From NCBI GenBank assembly GCA_942492115.1, contig CALODL010000010.1, positions 1,635 through 65,634 on the forward strand: a DNA stretch of 64,000 nucleotides, given 5' to 3'. A program made the translations under genes and the position numbers. Below the pieces are notes generated by a model that was not told the DNA's origin, made no database searches, and saw nothing but the letters and a program-made list of their open reading frames with translations. Below, in pieces: positions 18,916 to 28,947 of the stretch. The DNA is from an uncultured Planctomycetota bacterium (lineage in GTDB: Bacteria; Planctomycetota; Phycisphaerae; UBA1845; CAIVHJ01). Positions within the stretch are counted from its first letter, which is position 1. Each line of letters begins with the position of its first letter.

Positions 18916-20505
18916 ATGGCGATCTATGATTCCGATGGTGATCGCGGCCCATCGCCCCAGCGGCTGCCAGGAGCCAGGTTGGCCGGCGTCATCGGGACGC
19001 TGCTCAGTATCGTGGTGGGCATTCTGGCGCTGTATTGGTTCGTCTTCCGCATCGAGGTGCGCGAAGGCGAAGTACTGGTGCTGGTCAACAAGACCGGTCG
19101 GCGCCTTCCCGCCGAACTGGCCACCGATTATGGCGACCAGGTTGTACTCTACCCCGACCTCGTCGCTGCGCTCGCAGAGCACAGCGGCATGACGCCTGAA
19201 AAGGTCCTCGATTCCTACAAAGGGATTCGATACGATCCGCTGCCCACTACACGATATTTCTTCAACCCATATTCCTACAAACGCGTACGTATGCCGATGA
19301 CCGAAATCGGTCAGGACGAGGTTGGCGTGCTCATCAGACGCTACGGCAAGCCATTGCCCAGTCCGAAGACCGTCGCGACCGCCGCGGACGAACGCGGGCC
19401 TGTCGCCCAATTCATCGAACAAGGCTATTGGCCTGTCAATCTTCTGGCCTACGAAGTCCAGAAGTTCCCCGTCATGCAGATTCCGGAGGGACACGCGGGT
19501 GTGGTCACACTTCTGAGCGGCAGTGACCCGGAGACTCACAATACATATACCGTCGCACCGGGTGAAAAGGGGGTCCAGCGCACAACGCTGCCACCGGGAC
19601 GTGTGCCATACAATCCGTACCTTCGAAAAATAGAGATCGTCGATATTCGCAGCCACAAGTACGACATGCTCGACGAGGATGCCATTCGCTTTCCGTCCAA
19701 CGACGGTTTCACGATCACGCTCGAAGGTACCATCGAATGGGCCATCATGCCTGACCAGGTTGCAGAAGTGACCGTGGCATACGGTGACGAGCAGGACATT
19801 CTCAACAAGGTTATCCTGCCCAATGCCCGCAGCATCTCACGCATCCAGGGTTCGAAACTCAAGGCCCGCGAGTTCATCAGCGGCAAACTGCGGCAGCAGT
19901 TCCAGGAGCGCCTGCTCGCCGAACTGCGTGGTGAGTGCCGCCAGCAGGGCATCAACATCAAGGCAGCCCTCGTCCGTGAGATTCAGCCCCCCTCGGAAAT
20001 TGCCGGCCTCATTAGCCACCGCGAACAGGCCGACCAGGAGATCGAGCGGTCGACCAACCAGATGGAAGAGGCGAAGGCCGAAGTCATGCTGGTCGAGCAA
20101 CGCGAGCTGCAATCACGCAATCGTGATTTGGGCAACGCCCGCCGCGATGTCGTTGGCTTGATCAAGAAGGCTGAACAGCGCCAGACGGTTGCTGTCACAC
20201 AGGCCAATCGTGAGCTCGAGGTCAGTCGACTCCACCTCGAAGCCGCCGAAAAGGAAGCCGCGGCGTTGCGTTCGCGCGGCCAGGCGGAGGCCAACGTCGT
20301 GCTGTTCGAGTACCAGGCCAGAGCGGAACCACTCGAGTCTGCTGTCGCAGCCTTTGGCGGCGGAGAGGCCTATGCCCAGTTGTTTTTCCTTGAAAAAATC
20401 GCACCTTCGATTCAAACCATCCTGACCAACACCGACGGGAACTTCGCGGAGATCTTCAAGCAGTTCCAGTCATTCCCGGCCTCAACACCGACCGGAGGTG
20501 AATAG
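18916..20505 (+). CDS. SPFH/band-7 domain membrane protein with N-terminal TM, an inserted domain and a C-terminal coiled coil (flotillin/HflK-like)
   Basis: TM 'VIGTLLSIVVGILALYWFVF', SPFH core '...RFPSNDGFTITLEGTIEWAIMPDQVAEV...', and a long coiled coil (EQADQEIERSTNQMEEAKAEV...). Start taken at MAIYDSDG. Confidence 0.7.
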   Translation: MAIYDSDGDRGPSPQRLPGARLAGVIGTLLSIVVGILALYWFVFRIEVREGEVLVLVNKTGRRLPAELATDYGDQVVLYPDLVAALAEHSGMTPEKVLDSYKGIRYDPLPTTRYFFNPYSYKRVRMPMTEIGQDEVGVLIRRYGKPLPSPKTVATAADERGPVAQFIEQGYWPVNLLAYEVQKFPVMQIPEGHAGVVTLLSGSDPETHNTYTVAPGEKGVQRTTLPPGRVPYNPYLRKIEIVDIRSHKYDMLDEDAIRFPSNDGFTITLEGTIEWAIMPDQVAEVTVAYGDEQDILNKVILPNARSISRIQGSKLKAREFISGKLRQQFQERLLAELRGECRQQGINIKAALVREIQPPSEIAGLISHREQADQEIERSTNQMEEAKAEVMLVEQRELQSRNRDLGNARRDVVGLIKKAEQRQTVAVTQANRELEVSRLHLEAAEKEAAALRSRGQAEANVVLFEYQARAEPLESAVAAFGGGEAYAQLFFLEKIAPSIQTILTNTDGNFAEIFKQFQSFPASTPTGGE

Positions 20506-20507
20506 CC

Positions 20508-22202
20508 ATGAAGAAACTCATTCCCATCCTTTTCGTTGCCGCGCTCGGCAGCGTAGGAGCCATCAGTGCCCTGGTGTGGACGACATGCCGTATCTACGTT
20601 CCCGTTGACCAGTGCGCTGTCCTGACCCGCAAGACAGGAGAGCGGTTGCCGACTGGCCAGATCGTGGCCACTGAGCCACACCAGAAAGGCATCCAGATGG
20701 AAGTTCTCGGGCCAGGCAGGCATTTCTACGACCCCATCCGCTGGGAATGGCGCCTCGAACCACTGACGGTCATTCCAGCCGGTGCCCCCAAGACCTGGCA
20801 GTGGATCCACTCGCTCGACGCCCGGCAACGCGACGAGCTCCGAGCGGGAACTTTCAAGTTCAAGGGCGAGTTCCCCGAGATTGGTGTGGTTACGCGCAAG
20901 GTTGGCAGTGCCCCACCGTCATCGAGCGATGACAGCGATGACGGACAGACGATCGTATCCATGGATTCGGGCCATCGTGGTATTCTCCGCGAGGTCCTGA
21001 CACCGGGAACATACAAACTCAATCCCTATGTCTACGATGTCCAACTTCACCCGGCAACAGTTATTCCTGCGGGGTTCGTCGGCGTGGTCACCAATCTCGT
21101 CGGACATACCCCGGGGCGCTCGGCAACCCCCAGCGCTGACGCCGAACCGTCGCCTTACGAAGTCCGCCCTCTGGCGCTCCCCGGAGAGCGTGGAACGTTG
21201 CGTAATGTCCTGCAACCGGGCGTGTATTTCATCAACCCCAAGATACAGAAAGTCACCCTCATCGAAATCGGATACAACGAGTACTCCGAACTCGGGACCA
21301 AGGCGACCGAGGACCCCATTAGTTTCCCGTCCGATACCGGTTACATGATCCAGGTCGGCGTCACGGTCGTCTGGGGCATCGATCCGCAGCATGCCGCGGA
21401 GGTCATCAACGAATTCGGTAACATCGATCGTGTACTCGATAAGGTCATCAAGCCACAATTACGTTCGATCTGTCGCAACATCGGGTCGACTTATGCCGCG
21501 CGCGATTTCATTCAGGGCGAAAAACGGGAGATGTTCCAGAAGGATCTGACCGACGAAATGCGGCGGGTCTGTGGCTCGAAGAACGTCGATATTCTCCTGG
21601 CGCTGGTTCGCGAAATAGAGGTGTTGTCCCCCGACCGTGGCGGCGAGGTCACCGAGGACTTGCGGCGCACGATACAGGAGAGTTTCGTAGCTGTTGAGAA
21701 CCGCCTGACCAAGGAAAAGCAAACCGAAGCTGCAACGGTTCGCGCCCAACTCGAAGAAACACAGAAGAAGATCGATATTGCCCGCGAGAACATCCAGGCA
21801 GAAACGCGCCTGCAGGTGGCCGGAATCGGCGCGGAGGGCGAGAAATCCTCGGCAGAAATCGACGCTCATACGGCCCTCGAAGTGGCCGGAATACAGCAGC
21901 AAGTTGCCCAATTGGATGCCCAGCGCACCGAGATCCTCGGACAAGCGAACGCCGATGTCACCAAGATGAAGAAAGGCGCCGAGGCCGAAGGATACGCCAT
22001 GCTGGTGAATGCTCTGGGCAGCCCGAAGGCGTACAACCTGTACACCTTCGCGCAGAACTTCGAACCGCAATCGATTCAGATGTTCTACGCGGGCGACGGC
22101 ACCTTGTGGACCGATCTCAAACGCTTCGAAGATGTCGGCGCCGCCAGGCTCATGGAACAGACCTCTCAACCGGCCCCTCGGCTTCCGCGAAACGGCGAGT
22201 GA
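20508..22202 (+). CDS. Second SPFH/band-7 domain membrane protein (paralog of the upstream gene; an HflK/HflC-like tandem pair)
   Basis: TM 'LIPILFVAALGSVGAISALVW', SPFH core 'ISFPSDTGYMIQVGVTVVWGIDPQHAAEV', and a C-terminal coiled coil. It starts 3 nt after the upstream stop. Confidence 0.7.
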   Translation: MKKLIPILFVAALGSVGAISALVWTTCRIYVPVDQCAVLTRKTGERLPTGQIVATEPHQKGIQMEVLGPGRHFYDPIRWEWRLEPLTVIPAGAPKTWQWIHSLDARQRDELRAGTFKFKGEFPEIGVVTRKVGSAPPSSSDDSDDGQTIVSMDSGHRGILREVLTPGTYKLNPYVYDVQLHPATVIPAGFVGVVTNLVGHTPGRSATPSADAEPSPYEVRPLALPGERGTLRNVLQPGVYFINPKIQKVTLIEIGYNEYSELGTKATEDPISFPSDTGYMIQVGVTVVWGIDPQHAAEVINEFGNIDRVLDKVIKPQLRSICRNIGSTYAARDFIQGEKREMFQKDLTDEMRRVCGSKNVDILLALVREIEVLSPDRGGEVTEDLRRTIQESFVAVENRLTKEKQTEAATVRAQLEETQKKIDIARENIQAETRLQVAGIGAEGEKSSAEIDAHTALEVAGIQQQVAQLDAQRTEILGQANADVTKMKKGAEAEGYAMLVNALGSPKAYNLYTFAQNFEPQSIQMFYAGDGTLWTDLKRFEDVGAARLMEQTSQPAPRLPRNGE

Positions 22203-22216
22203 TCCCCTGTACACAC

Positions 22217-22248
22217 GGCGCGCTCCGACGACGACCCCGGAGCGCGCC
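22217..22248. terminator. Hairpin between the convergent SPFH and lpdA genes (candidate bidirectional terminator)
   Basis: Perfect 11-bp inverted repeat GGCGCGCTCCG / CGGAGCGCGCC with a 10-nt loop and no T-run. Confidence 0.35.
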
Positions 22249-22341
22249 GGCTACCCCTGCGGCAATAGCTTTGCGGATCCCGCGACAGAACAACGACGTC
22301 AACATCAGGGGGGAGGGGTGCTACGCCATCGCCTCATTCAA

Positions 22342-23748
22342 TTAATGAACCGCCCCAACACCGAACATGTCCGCGACATCCTGGTAGGTTTCCGAAAGAG
22401 TTGGATGCGGGTGGATGGTCGCAGCGATGTCTTCAGCAACGGCGCCCATCTCGATGGCGACGGCGGCTTCGGCGATCATTTCACCGGCGTGCGGCCCGGT
22501 GATGCCCACACCGATCAAGCGTTGGCTGTCGGCGTCGACGATGATCTTGGTCAGACCGTCAGGGCGACCAAGAGACACGGCGCGACCGCTGCCGCCCCAC
22601 GGCATCTTCTTGACCTTGATGTTGAGTCCTTGAGCCTTGGCCTCGTTCTCGGTCAAGCCGGCCCACGCCACCTCGGGATCAGTGAACACAACCGCAGGAA
22701 TGACGACGTTGTCGAACTCGGCGTTACCGCCGGCAATGACGTCCGCGGCGACCTTGCCTTCACGGATGGCTTTGTGGGCGAGCATCGGGTTACCGATGGC
22801 GTCGCCGATGGCGAAGATGCGCTTGTCTGCAGTACGCATCTGGCTGTCGACCTGGATGAAGCCGCGCTCGTCGACGACCACGGCGGTCTTGTCGAGACCG
22901 AGCTCATCCGTGTTCGGGCGCCGCCCGACACTCACCAGGATGCGATCGAACTTCGTCGTCGGAGGCGGGCTCTTGCCGTCGTATTCGACTGTGACGGCCT
23001 TGCCCGCATCGCTCACTTTGGTCACTTTGGTGCCAAGGTGAATCCCACCGGTGAACATATCCTTGAGTCGCTTGCCCAGTGGGCGCGCAAGGTCCGAATC
23101 GAGACCGGCCAGAATGCTGTCCATCATCTCGACGACCGTGACCCGACTACCGAGCGCGGCGTAGACCTGGCCCAGCTCGAGACCGATGTAGCCCCCGCCG
23201 ATGACGAGCAGATCGGCCGGGATGTCCTCGAGCTCCAGGGCACCCGTAGAGTCCATGACCCGCGGGCTGTCGATGCTCACCCCGGGAATGGCCACGGGAC
23301 GACTGCCCGTGGCGATGATCGCACGACGGAACTTGATGCGGTCGACATCGCTATCGTGCAAGCGCATTTGCTTGCCGCTCTCGAACACAGCGCGGCCCTT
23401 GATGACGTCGATCTTGGCATTCTTGCACAAAGTCGCTACGCCACCACTGAGGCGCTCGATGACACCGGTCTTGTAAGCCCGCATGCGCTCGAGGTCGATC
23501 TTGGGCTTGCCAAAGCTCACACCTTTGTCGGCGGCGGTTTCAGCATCGTGAATCAGGGCTCCGATGTGCAGGAATGTCTTTGATGGAATACAGCCGACAC
23601 GCAGGCAAACGCCGCCCAGCTGAGGATTGTCCTCGATGAGGGTCACCTTCTGGCCTTGGGCGGCCGCGCGCAATGCGGCAGTGTAGCCTCCGGGACCACC
23701 GCCGATGACGACCTGATCCGACTCTTGAGTGAATTCACCTACGACCAT
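22342..23748 (-). CDS. lpdA: Dihydrolipoyl dehydrogenase (E3)
   Basis: 'VIGGGPGGYTAALRAAAQGQKVTLIE', the redox disulfide 'GGVCLRVGCIPSK', and C-terminal 'HPHPTLSE'. Confidence 0.95.
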   Translation of the reverse strand: MVVGEFTQESDQVVIGGGPGGYTAALRAAAQGQKVTLIEDNPQLGGVCLRVGCIPSKTFLHIGALIHDAETAADKGVSFGKPKIDLERMRAYKTGVIERLSGGVATLCKNAKIDVIKGRAVFESGKQMRLHDSDVDRIKFRRAIIATGSRPVAIPGVSIDSPRVMDSTGALELEDIPADLLVIGGGYIGLELGQVYAALGSRVTVVEMMDSILAGLDSDLARPLGKRLKDMFTGGIHLGTKVTKVSDAGKAVTVEYDGKSPPPTTKFDRILVSVGRRPNTDELGLDKTAVVVDERGFIQVDSQMRTADKRIFAIGDAIGNPMLAHKAIREGKVAADVIAGGNAEFDNVVIPAVVFTDPEVAWAGLTENEAKAQGLNIKVKKMPWGGSGRAVSLGRPDGLTKIIVDADSQRLIGVGITGPHAGEMIAEAAVAIEMGAVAEDIAATIHPHPTLSETYQDVADMFGVGAVH

Positions 23749-23866
23749 CAGCGTGACCCCTGCCGTTTCTCAACATATTCCGTGTGGTGTCCATGAGCGT
23801 GTTGCCCGAATCGCACGAGGGCTTGCTCGACGACGCTGCGCGCCACCGCTGAGCGCCCACGCGGCA

Positions 23867-25156
23867 TTAGTCCTCGAGCAGCAACCGACCAGGCACCTCG
23901 AGATAACCCATCACTTCAGAGCAAAAACGTGCTGCGTCGGCGCCGTCGATGACCCGGTGGTCGAATGACATGTTCATGGGCAGCATATAGCGGGCGACAA
24001 TTTCGCCGTTGCGCACAACCGGCTTCATGTCTGCCTTGCCGAGTCCGAGGATTGCGACCTCGGGATAGTTGATGATCGGCGTCGAGACCAATCCGCCAAG
24101 CGACCCGATATTGGTCAGCGTGAACGTGCCGCCTCGAAGGTCTTCGATTGCAAAGTTGCCCTCGCGGGCCCGTTCGCCAAGCTGGGTCAACTCGCCAGCC
24201 AACTCGCGAATCGACTTGCGGTCGACGTCACGAATCACAGGAACGATCAAACCGCGCGGCGTGTCCACGGCTATGCCAAAATTGAAGTATTCTTTGTAAA
24301 TGATCTCGTTGGCCTTGTGATCGAAGCTCGCATTGAACACCGGGTAGTGCCGCATGGCCGCACAGCAGGCCTTGAGGACGAACGGCAACAGCGTCAACTT
24401 GGGATCATTTTCGGAGCGGCGGGAATTGTGATCCTTACGCAGCTGATCGAGCATGGTGATGTCGGCCATGTCGTGATGCGTAACGTGGACATTGATCGCT
24501 TCCGAACGGACCATCTGATTCGAAATGGCCTTGCGAATCTGCGGAATCGCCTCGCGGCGAATCGATCCCCATTTGGTGAAGTCGGGTAGATCGCTATCTG
24601 GAGGCATGGACACCGTCGACGGAGTTGAAACCGCGGCTGCCGCGGCTGGTCGCGTGGCCGCGCTGGCGCTTCCACCGGTGCCGTCGAGATCGCCGCGTGT
24701 AATCCGACCGCCCGGACCGGAGCCCTGGATCGTGGCCAGGTCGATCCCGCGTTCCTTGGCCAGTCGCCGCACGACCGGAGAGGCCGCGACTCTGGCGGGC
24801 GTGCCCGATCGAGCTGGAGACGTCGCGGCAGGCGCCGCGGCAACTGTCGTTGGCGCGGGCGCCGCAGCTGGCGGCGAGGCCGGCGCTGACCGAGCGGGGG
24901 CCGGCGCTGCAGCGGCCGCCCCATCGCCGAACGTGACCAGCACGGCGCCAACATTGACCGTCTGCCCCGCGTCGACATGGATCTTGCCGATTTTGCCGGA
25001 ATGTGGCGAAGGAATCTCGACCGCCGCCTTGTCGGTCTCGACCTCCATCAGTGGCTGGTCCTCTGAGACCGAGTCACCTTCTTTGACCAGGATCTGAATG
25101 ATCTGCGCTTCGTGGATTCCTTCACCCAGATCGGGAAGGAGAAATTCTTCTGCCAT
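23867..25156 (-). CDS. Dihydrolipoamide acyltransferase (E2) of a 2-oxoacid dehydrogenase complex
   Basis: Lipoyl domain 'VETDKAAVEIPSP', an Ala/Pro linker, an E3-binding domain and a catalytic domain 'SFDHRVIDGADAARF'. Start set at MAEEFLLPD because the longer ORF would overlap E1-beta by 70 nt. Confidence 0.9.
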   Translation of the reverse strand: MAEEFLLPDLGEGIHEAQIIQILVKEGDSVSEDQPLMEVETDKAAVEIPSPHSGKIGKIHVDAGQTVNVGAVLVTFGDGAAAAAPAPARSAPASPPAAAPAPTTVAAAPAATSPARSGTPARVAASPVVRRLAKERGIDLATIQGSGPGGRITRGDLDGTGGSASAATRPAAAAAVSTPSTVSMPPDSDLPDFTKWGSIRREAIPQIRKAISNQMVRSEAINVHVTHHDMADITMLDQLRKDHNSRRSENDPKLTLLPFVLKACCAAMRHYPVFNASFDHKANEIIYKEYFNFGIAVDTPRGLIVPVIRDVDRKSIRELAGELTQLGERAREGNFAIEDLRGGTFTLTNIGSLGGLVSTPIINYPEVAILGLGKADMKPVVRNGEIVARYMLPMNMSFDHRVIDGADAARFCSEVMGYLEVPGRLLLED

Positions 25157-25221
25157 GATTCGTTTCCGAGACTCTAAGTTCGAGTTCGTCAGCGCCTGCG
25201 TCCGTGCACACACCAACTGGA

Positions 25222-26202
25222 TTAGTAGTTCATCGTATCCTGCACGGCCTTGATAATTCGATCTGCGTCCGGCAGATAGATCTGTTCGCAAGCAAAGTAT
25301 GGGAAGTGGATATCGAAACTGGTCACCCGTTTGATGGGTGCCTCGAGATACCCGAAAGCCTTTTCGTTCAGTCGCGCGATGATCTCGGCCGCCACACCGC
25401 AGGTGCGGTTTCCTTCGTTGATGATAACCGCACGGCCGGTCTTCTCGACCGAAGCGACCAGCGTCGCGTCATCCATCGGTGAGATGGTCAGCAGGTCGAC
25501 AACCTCGGCATTGATATCGTGCAGGTCGGCAAGGTCCTCGGCCGCCTCCAGGGTGGCGCGCATTGATGCACCATACGAGATCAACGTGATATGCTCGCCC
25601 GGTCGAACGACCTCGGACTTGCCGATCGTCATCTGCTCGGGCGCCTCGGGGACCTCTTCGCGAAAGGCCCTGTATACGGCCTTGGGTTCATAGAACACCA
25701 CGGGATCAGGATCGTTGATCGCAGCTGCCAGTAGCGCCCGCGCGTTACGCGGCCCCGACGGGATAACCACTTTCAAGCCCGGAATGTGGGCCCAGAACGC
25801 CTCCTTGCTTTCGGAGTGATGCTCGACTGCGCGGATGCCGCCGCCGTACGGAGCGCGCAGCACCATGGGCACGGTATAGCGCCCGCGAGTCCGATTGCGA
25901 AACCGGGCCATGTGCTGCTCTATTTGGTGAAAACCCTGGTAAATGAACCCCGAGAACTGAATCTCGGTCACCGGCTTCAAACCGTAGAGGGCCATCCCAA
26001 TGCTCGTCCCGATGATGCCGGCCTCCGCCAGAGGCGAGTCGAGCACGCGATCGGAACCAAACTTGTCCAGCAACCCCTCGGTCACGCGGAACACGCCCTC
26101 GTCCTGACCGACATCCTCGCCGCACACGACAACGAGTTCGTCATCTTGCATGCACTGATGCAACGCCAGGTTGAGGGCTTTGACCATTGTCAATTCGGGC
26201 AT
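25222..26202 (-). CDS. 2-oxoacid dehydrogenase E1 component beta subunit (transketolase-like)
   Basis: 'MPELTMVKALNLALHQCMQDDELVVVCGEDVG'. Confidence 0.95.
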   Translation of the reverse strand: MPELTMVKALNLALHQCMQDDELVVVCGEDVGQDEGVFRVTEGLLDKFGSDRVLDSPLAEAGIIGTSIGMALYGLKPVTEIQFSGFIYQGFHQIEQHMARFRNRTRGRYTVPMVLRAPYGGGIRAVEHHSESKEAFWAHIPGLKVVIPSGPRNARALLAAAINDPDPVVFYEPKAVYRAFREEVPEAPEQMTIGKSEVVRPGEHITLISYGASMRATLEAAEDLADLHDINAEVVDLLTISPMDDATLVASVEKTGRAVIINEGNRTCGVAAEIIARLNEKAFGYLEAPIKRVTSFDIHFPYFACEQIYLPDADRIIKAVQDTMNY

Positions 26203-26217
26203 GGATCGTTTCCTGCT

Positions 26218-27303
26218 CTAACTTTTCTTGGCCGCGAGAATCTCCAGGAACTCTTTCTTCTGTTCCTGCAGCTCGACGGGCATTTCTGCGTAGGTGTAGT
26301 CAAACATCTTCTCGGGCGCCGGAACGCACTTGGCTTCGAAGCGCTCTATTCCACGACGAACCTCTTCCTGCGCATCCTTGCGGATCTCCTCGATCATGGC
26401 GTCGTCGATATCGCCCTTCTTCAGCAGATAACGCTCGAAACGGAGGATCGGGCACTTCTTCTGCCACAACTTGACCTCCTCATCGGAACGGTATTTCTTG
26501 GGATCGTCAGCAGTGGTGTGCATTTCCATCCGGTAGGTATAGGCTTCGATCATTGTCGGCCCGCCGCCTCTGCGGGCCTTGTCCACGGCTTCGCGCGTCG
26601 CGCTCATCATCGCAAAAATATCATTGCCATCGACTTTGATCCCATCGAAGCCGAACGCCAGGCTCTTCTGGGCGATCGTCTGGGCCGCAGTCTGCTTGTC
26701 GCGCGGCAGCGAAATCGCGTACTGATTGTTCTCACACACGAACACGATCGGAGCTTTGTAAACCCCCGCAAAATTGAACGCCTCGAGGACGTCACCCTCC
26801 GAAGTCGAGCCATCGCCGAACGCGGTCAGCACGATCGAATCCTTCTTGCGGATCTTCATGGCCATGGCAATGCCGACGCCAAGTATGGGGTGCGAGCCAA
26901 CAGGAATGGCCACCGGAAGATCATTTACGCCTTCCGGCGTGCATGCCCCCTCCTCATAACCGTTCCAGAACAACAGGATCTGTTCCATGGTCCATCCGCG
27001 CCACAGTTGTGCGCCGGGGGCCCTGTAGGATGGGGCCACCCAGTCTTCCTTGCGCAGCGGCTGGATGTATCCAATCTGCGTGGCCTCCTGACCCCAGCAC
27101 GGAGCAAACGTGCCGAGCTTGCCCTGACGCTGCATCTTGATCATGCGGGCGTCGAGCTCACGAGTAAGCACCATGAAGCGATAGAGCCTGATCAGCTCAT
27201 CGCTGTTGAGCTTCGGGTCAAGGGCCGGATCGACGTGACCGTCTACGTCGAGGATAGACATCTCCTCGACCCTATGTGATAGCGAAAGTGTCTTTCTAGG
27301 CAC
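26218..27303 (-). CDS. 2-oxoacid dehydrogenase E1 component alpha subunit (TPP-dependent)
   Basis: 'GQEATQIGY' and the TPP-binding 'GDGSTSEGDVLEAFNFAGV'. The start could instead be at MSILD (27261). Confidence 0.9.
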   Translation of the reverse strand: MPRKTLSLSHRVEEMSILDVDGHVDPALDPKLNSDELIRLYRFMVLTRELDARMIKMQRQGKLGTFAPCWGQEATQIGYIQPLRKEDWVAPSYRAPGAQLWRGWTMEQILLFWNGYEEGACTPEGVNDLPVAIPVGSHPILGVGIAMAMKIRKKDSIVLTAFGDGSTSEGDVLEAFNFAGVYKAPIVFVCENNQYAISLPRDKQTAAQTIAQKSLAFGFDGIKVDGNDIFAMMSATREAVDKARRGGGPTMIEAYTYRMEMHTTADDPKKYRSDEEVKLWQKKCPILRFERYLLKKGDIDDAMIEEIRKDAQEEVRRGIERFEAKCVPAPEKMFDYTYAEMPVELQEQKKEFLEILAAKKS

Positions 27304-27435
27304 CGGATTCGTCCTTCACGTTTTCTGCGCAAGATGTTGGGCGTCAGAGCCATCGGCGATGTCGCGCCAACGCCGAAGAGCCCTCCTCAGGAAGGCGAGC
27401 CTATACCATACAGGCGGCCCGTCCACCCGTCCAGA

Positions 27436-27954
27436 TCAGCGGTCAGTCGCTGCGGATTTGATGTGCTCGAAGGGGTTACGACACGCCTCACAGTAATGTG
27501 TGGCGCGGCAGCGGGTCGGGCCGAAAGGACTGTCGACACGGGTGGAACTGGATCCGCAGAATGGACACGGCACGGCAGAATCGGCGGGAAGCCCCAATTG
27601 GACAAGCTCGGGGGCCGCGACCGTCACACCATGCCCGGCCAGGCGTGCCCGACCGTCCGCGGAAATGCGAGCCGCACTCCATGGCGGGTCGAACACGTGA
27701 CGCAGGACCACCTCCTGCACATCGTTCAATTGACCGACACGCTCTTTGATCAACCCATCGATCATGTCCAGCGCCGGACAACCCGTATAAGTCGGCGTGA
27801 TGTCGATCGCAATCGTTCCATCGCGGCAATCAACGCGCACGACAATCCCAAGATCAACGATGCTGATCGGCATCTCCGGATCGTCAATCGATCGCAAAAC
27901 TTCCCATACGGTACTCTCTTGAACAGACATGGTCTTGAGCAGACGGGCTACCAT
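27436..27954 (-). CDS. paaD: 1,2-phenylacetyl-CoA epoxidase subunit D (PaaD; DUF59 Fe-S assembly-like domain + C-terminal Zn ribbon)
   Basis: 'DDPEMPISIVDLGIV...ITPTYTGCPA...' followed by 'CPFCGSS...CEACRNPFE'. Confidence 0.8.
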   Translation of the reverse strand: MVARLLKTMSVQESTVWEVLRSIDDPEMPISIVDLGIVVRVDCRDGTIAIDITPTYTGCPALDMIDGLIKERVGQLNDVQEVVLRHVFDPPWSAARISADGRARLAGHGVTVAAPELVQLGLPADSAVPCPFCGSSSTRVDSPFGPTRCRATHYCEACRNPFEHIKSAATDR

Positions 27955-28751
27955 TCGGCGCCGGGGTCCAACTGAAACACTTCACTGACTTCGGCCAGTA
28001 ACTCGGTCAACGCCGGATCATGCTGACCGAGGCGCCCGGGGTCACTGAGACAGAGGGCTGCCGCAGGTACAGGAATCCGCGCCCTTTTGCACAGTCGGGT
28101 GATGTCATCGTACCAGCCATCGGCCAGCTTCTGCGCGGGGCCAACCAGGATCTGGTCTGTGGCCAGCGCCTCCTGGCCCTCGACCGGAGCAAACAGCCCA
28201 CCCGCAAGCGGCCACAAGCGTTCAACGGCCCGGTGCACGCGCTCGGCGGCTTCTCCGCCCGATTGGCCCAGGCGCGTCATCCAGCCATCAAAATGTTCAA
28301 TGTGGAACGAAACCTCCTGCATCATCTTTCCAGCCAGTTCGGCCACCGGCCGGAACGCCGATGCCTGCAAAGCCGCCAGTCGATGGCGATCCGCATGGTC
28401 GAAGAAACACTGCCGGGCCACTGCCATGGCCCAGTCGAACTCGTCCTCCGGTTCGACGATTGAGGCATTCAGTCTTTCGTGTGCCGGGCGCGCGTACGCC
28501 AGTTGATTGGCCTCGGCGACGAGGTCCGTCCCTCCATCGATGGCCGCAACGAGTTTGAACAGCTCCTGCGCGTGAGCCACCTCGTCCTGGGCGATGTTGG
28601 AAAAAGCGATGTCCGCTTCGAGGAACGGTCCCAGTCCGGTCCACTCGCCGTTATGATGCCCCAATAGAAATTTGTCATCTGCCAGGGCCAGCAGCACTCG
28701 GCGAACAGCATCTCGCGCATGGTGTGGTATGTCATTGGACGTTTTGAACAT
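27948..28751 (-). CDS. paaC: 1,2-phenylacetyl-CoA epoxidase subunit C (PaaC)
   Basis: 'LALADDKFLLGHHNGEWTGLGPFLEADIAFSNIAQDEVAHA', matching the PaaC signature. Confidence 0.8.
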   Translation of the reverse strand: MFKTSNDIPHHARDAVRRVLLALADDKFLLGHHNGEWTGLGPFLEADIAFSNIAQDEVAHAQELFKLVAAIDGGTDLVAEANQLAYARPAHERLNASIVEPEDEFDWAMAVARQCFFDHADRHRLAALQASAFRPVAELAGKMMQEVSFHIEHFDGWMTRLGQSGGEAAERVHRAVERLWPLAGGLFAPVEGQEALATDQILVGPAQKLADGWYDDITRLCKRARIPVPAAALCLSDPGRLGQHDPALTELLAEVSEVFQLDPGAEW

Positions 28752-28947
28752 ACAGGCAGTCTATCAGACGCTCGAATCGTTGGCCAAACCGACACGGTCG
28801 AAGACACATGCCAGACACGCATGGATACCCCTGTCTGTTCTACCGGCTCGTCATCGTCCCGGTGATCGACATACGCCGGATGTTCATATTTACGCAGTCG
28901 GCGCCGCGATTGTGTGATTTTTCGCCAGGCACGATTGGACTCAGACC

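Noticed and set aside
22009-23583. 524-aa ORF on the + strand
   Set aside because: It lies entirely antisense to the well-supported lpdA gene. It is Arg/Asp/Gly-rich junk typical of antisense frames in high-GC DNA.
25786-27279. 497-aa + strand ORF
   Set aside because: Antisense to the E1-alpha/E1-beta genes, with no motifs. High GC suppresses stop codons.
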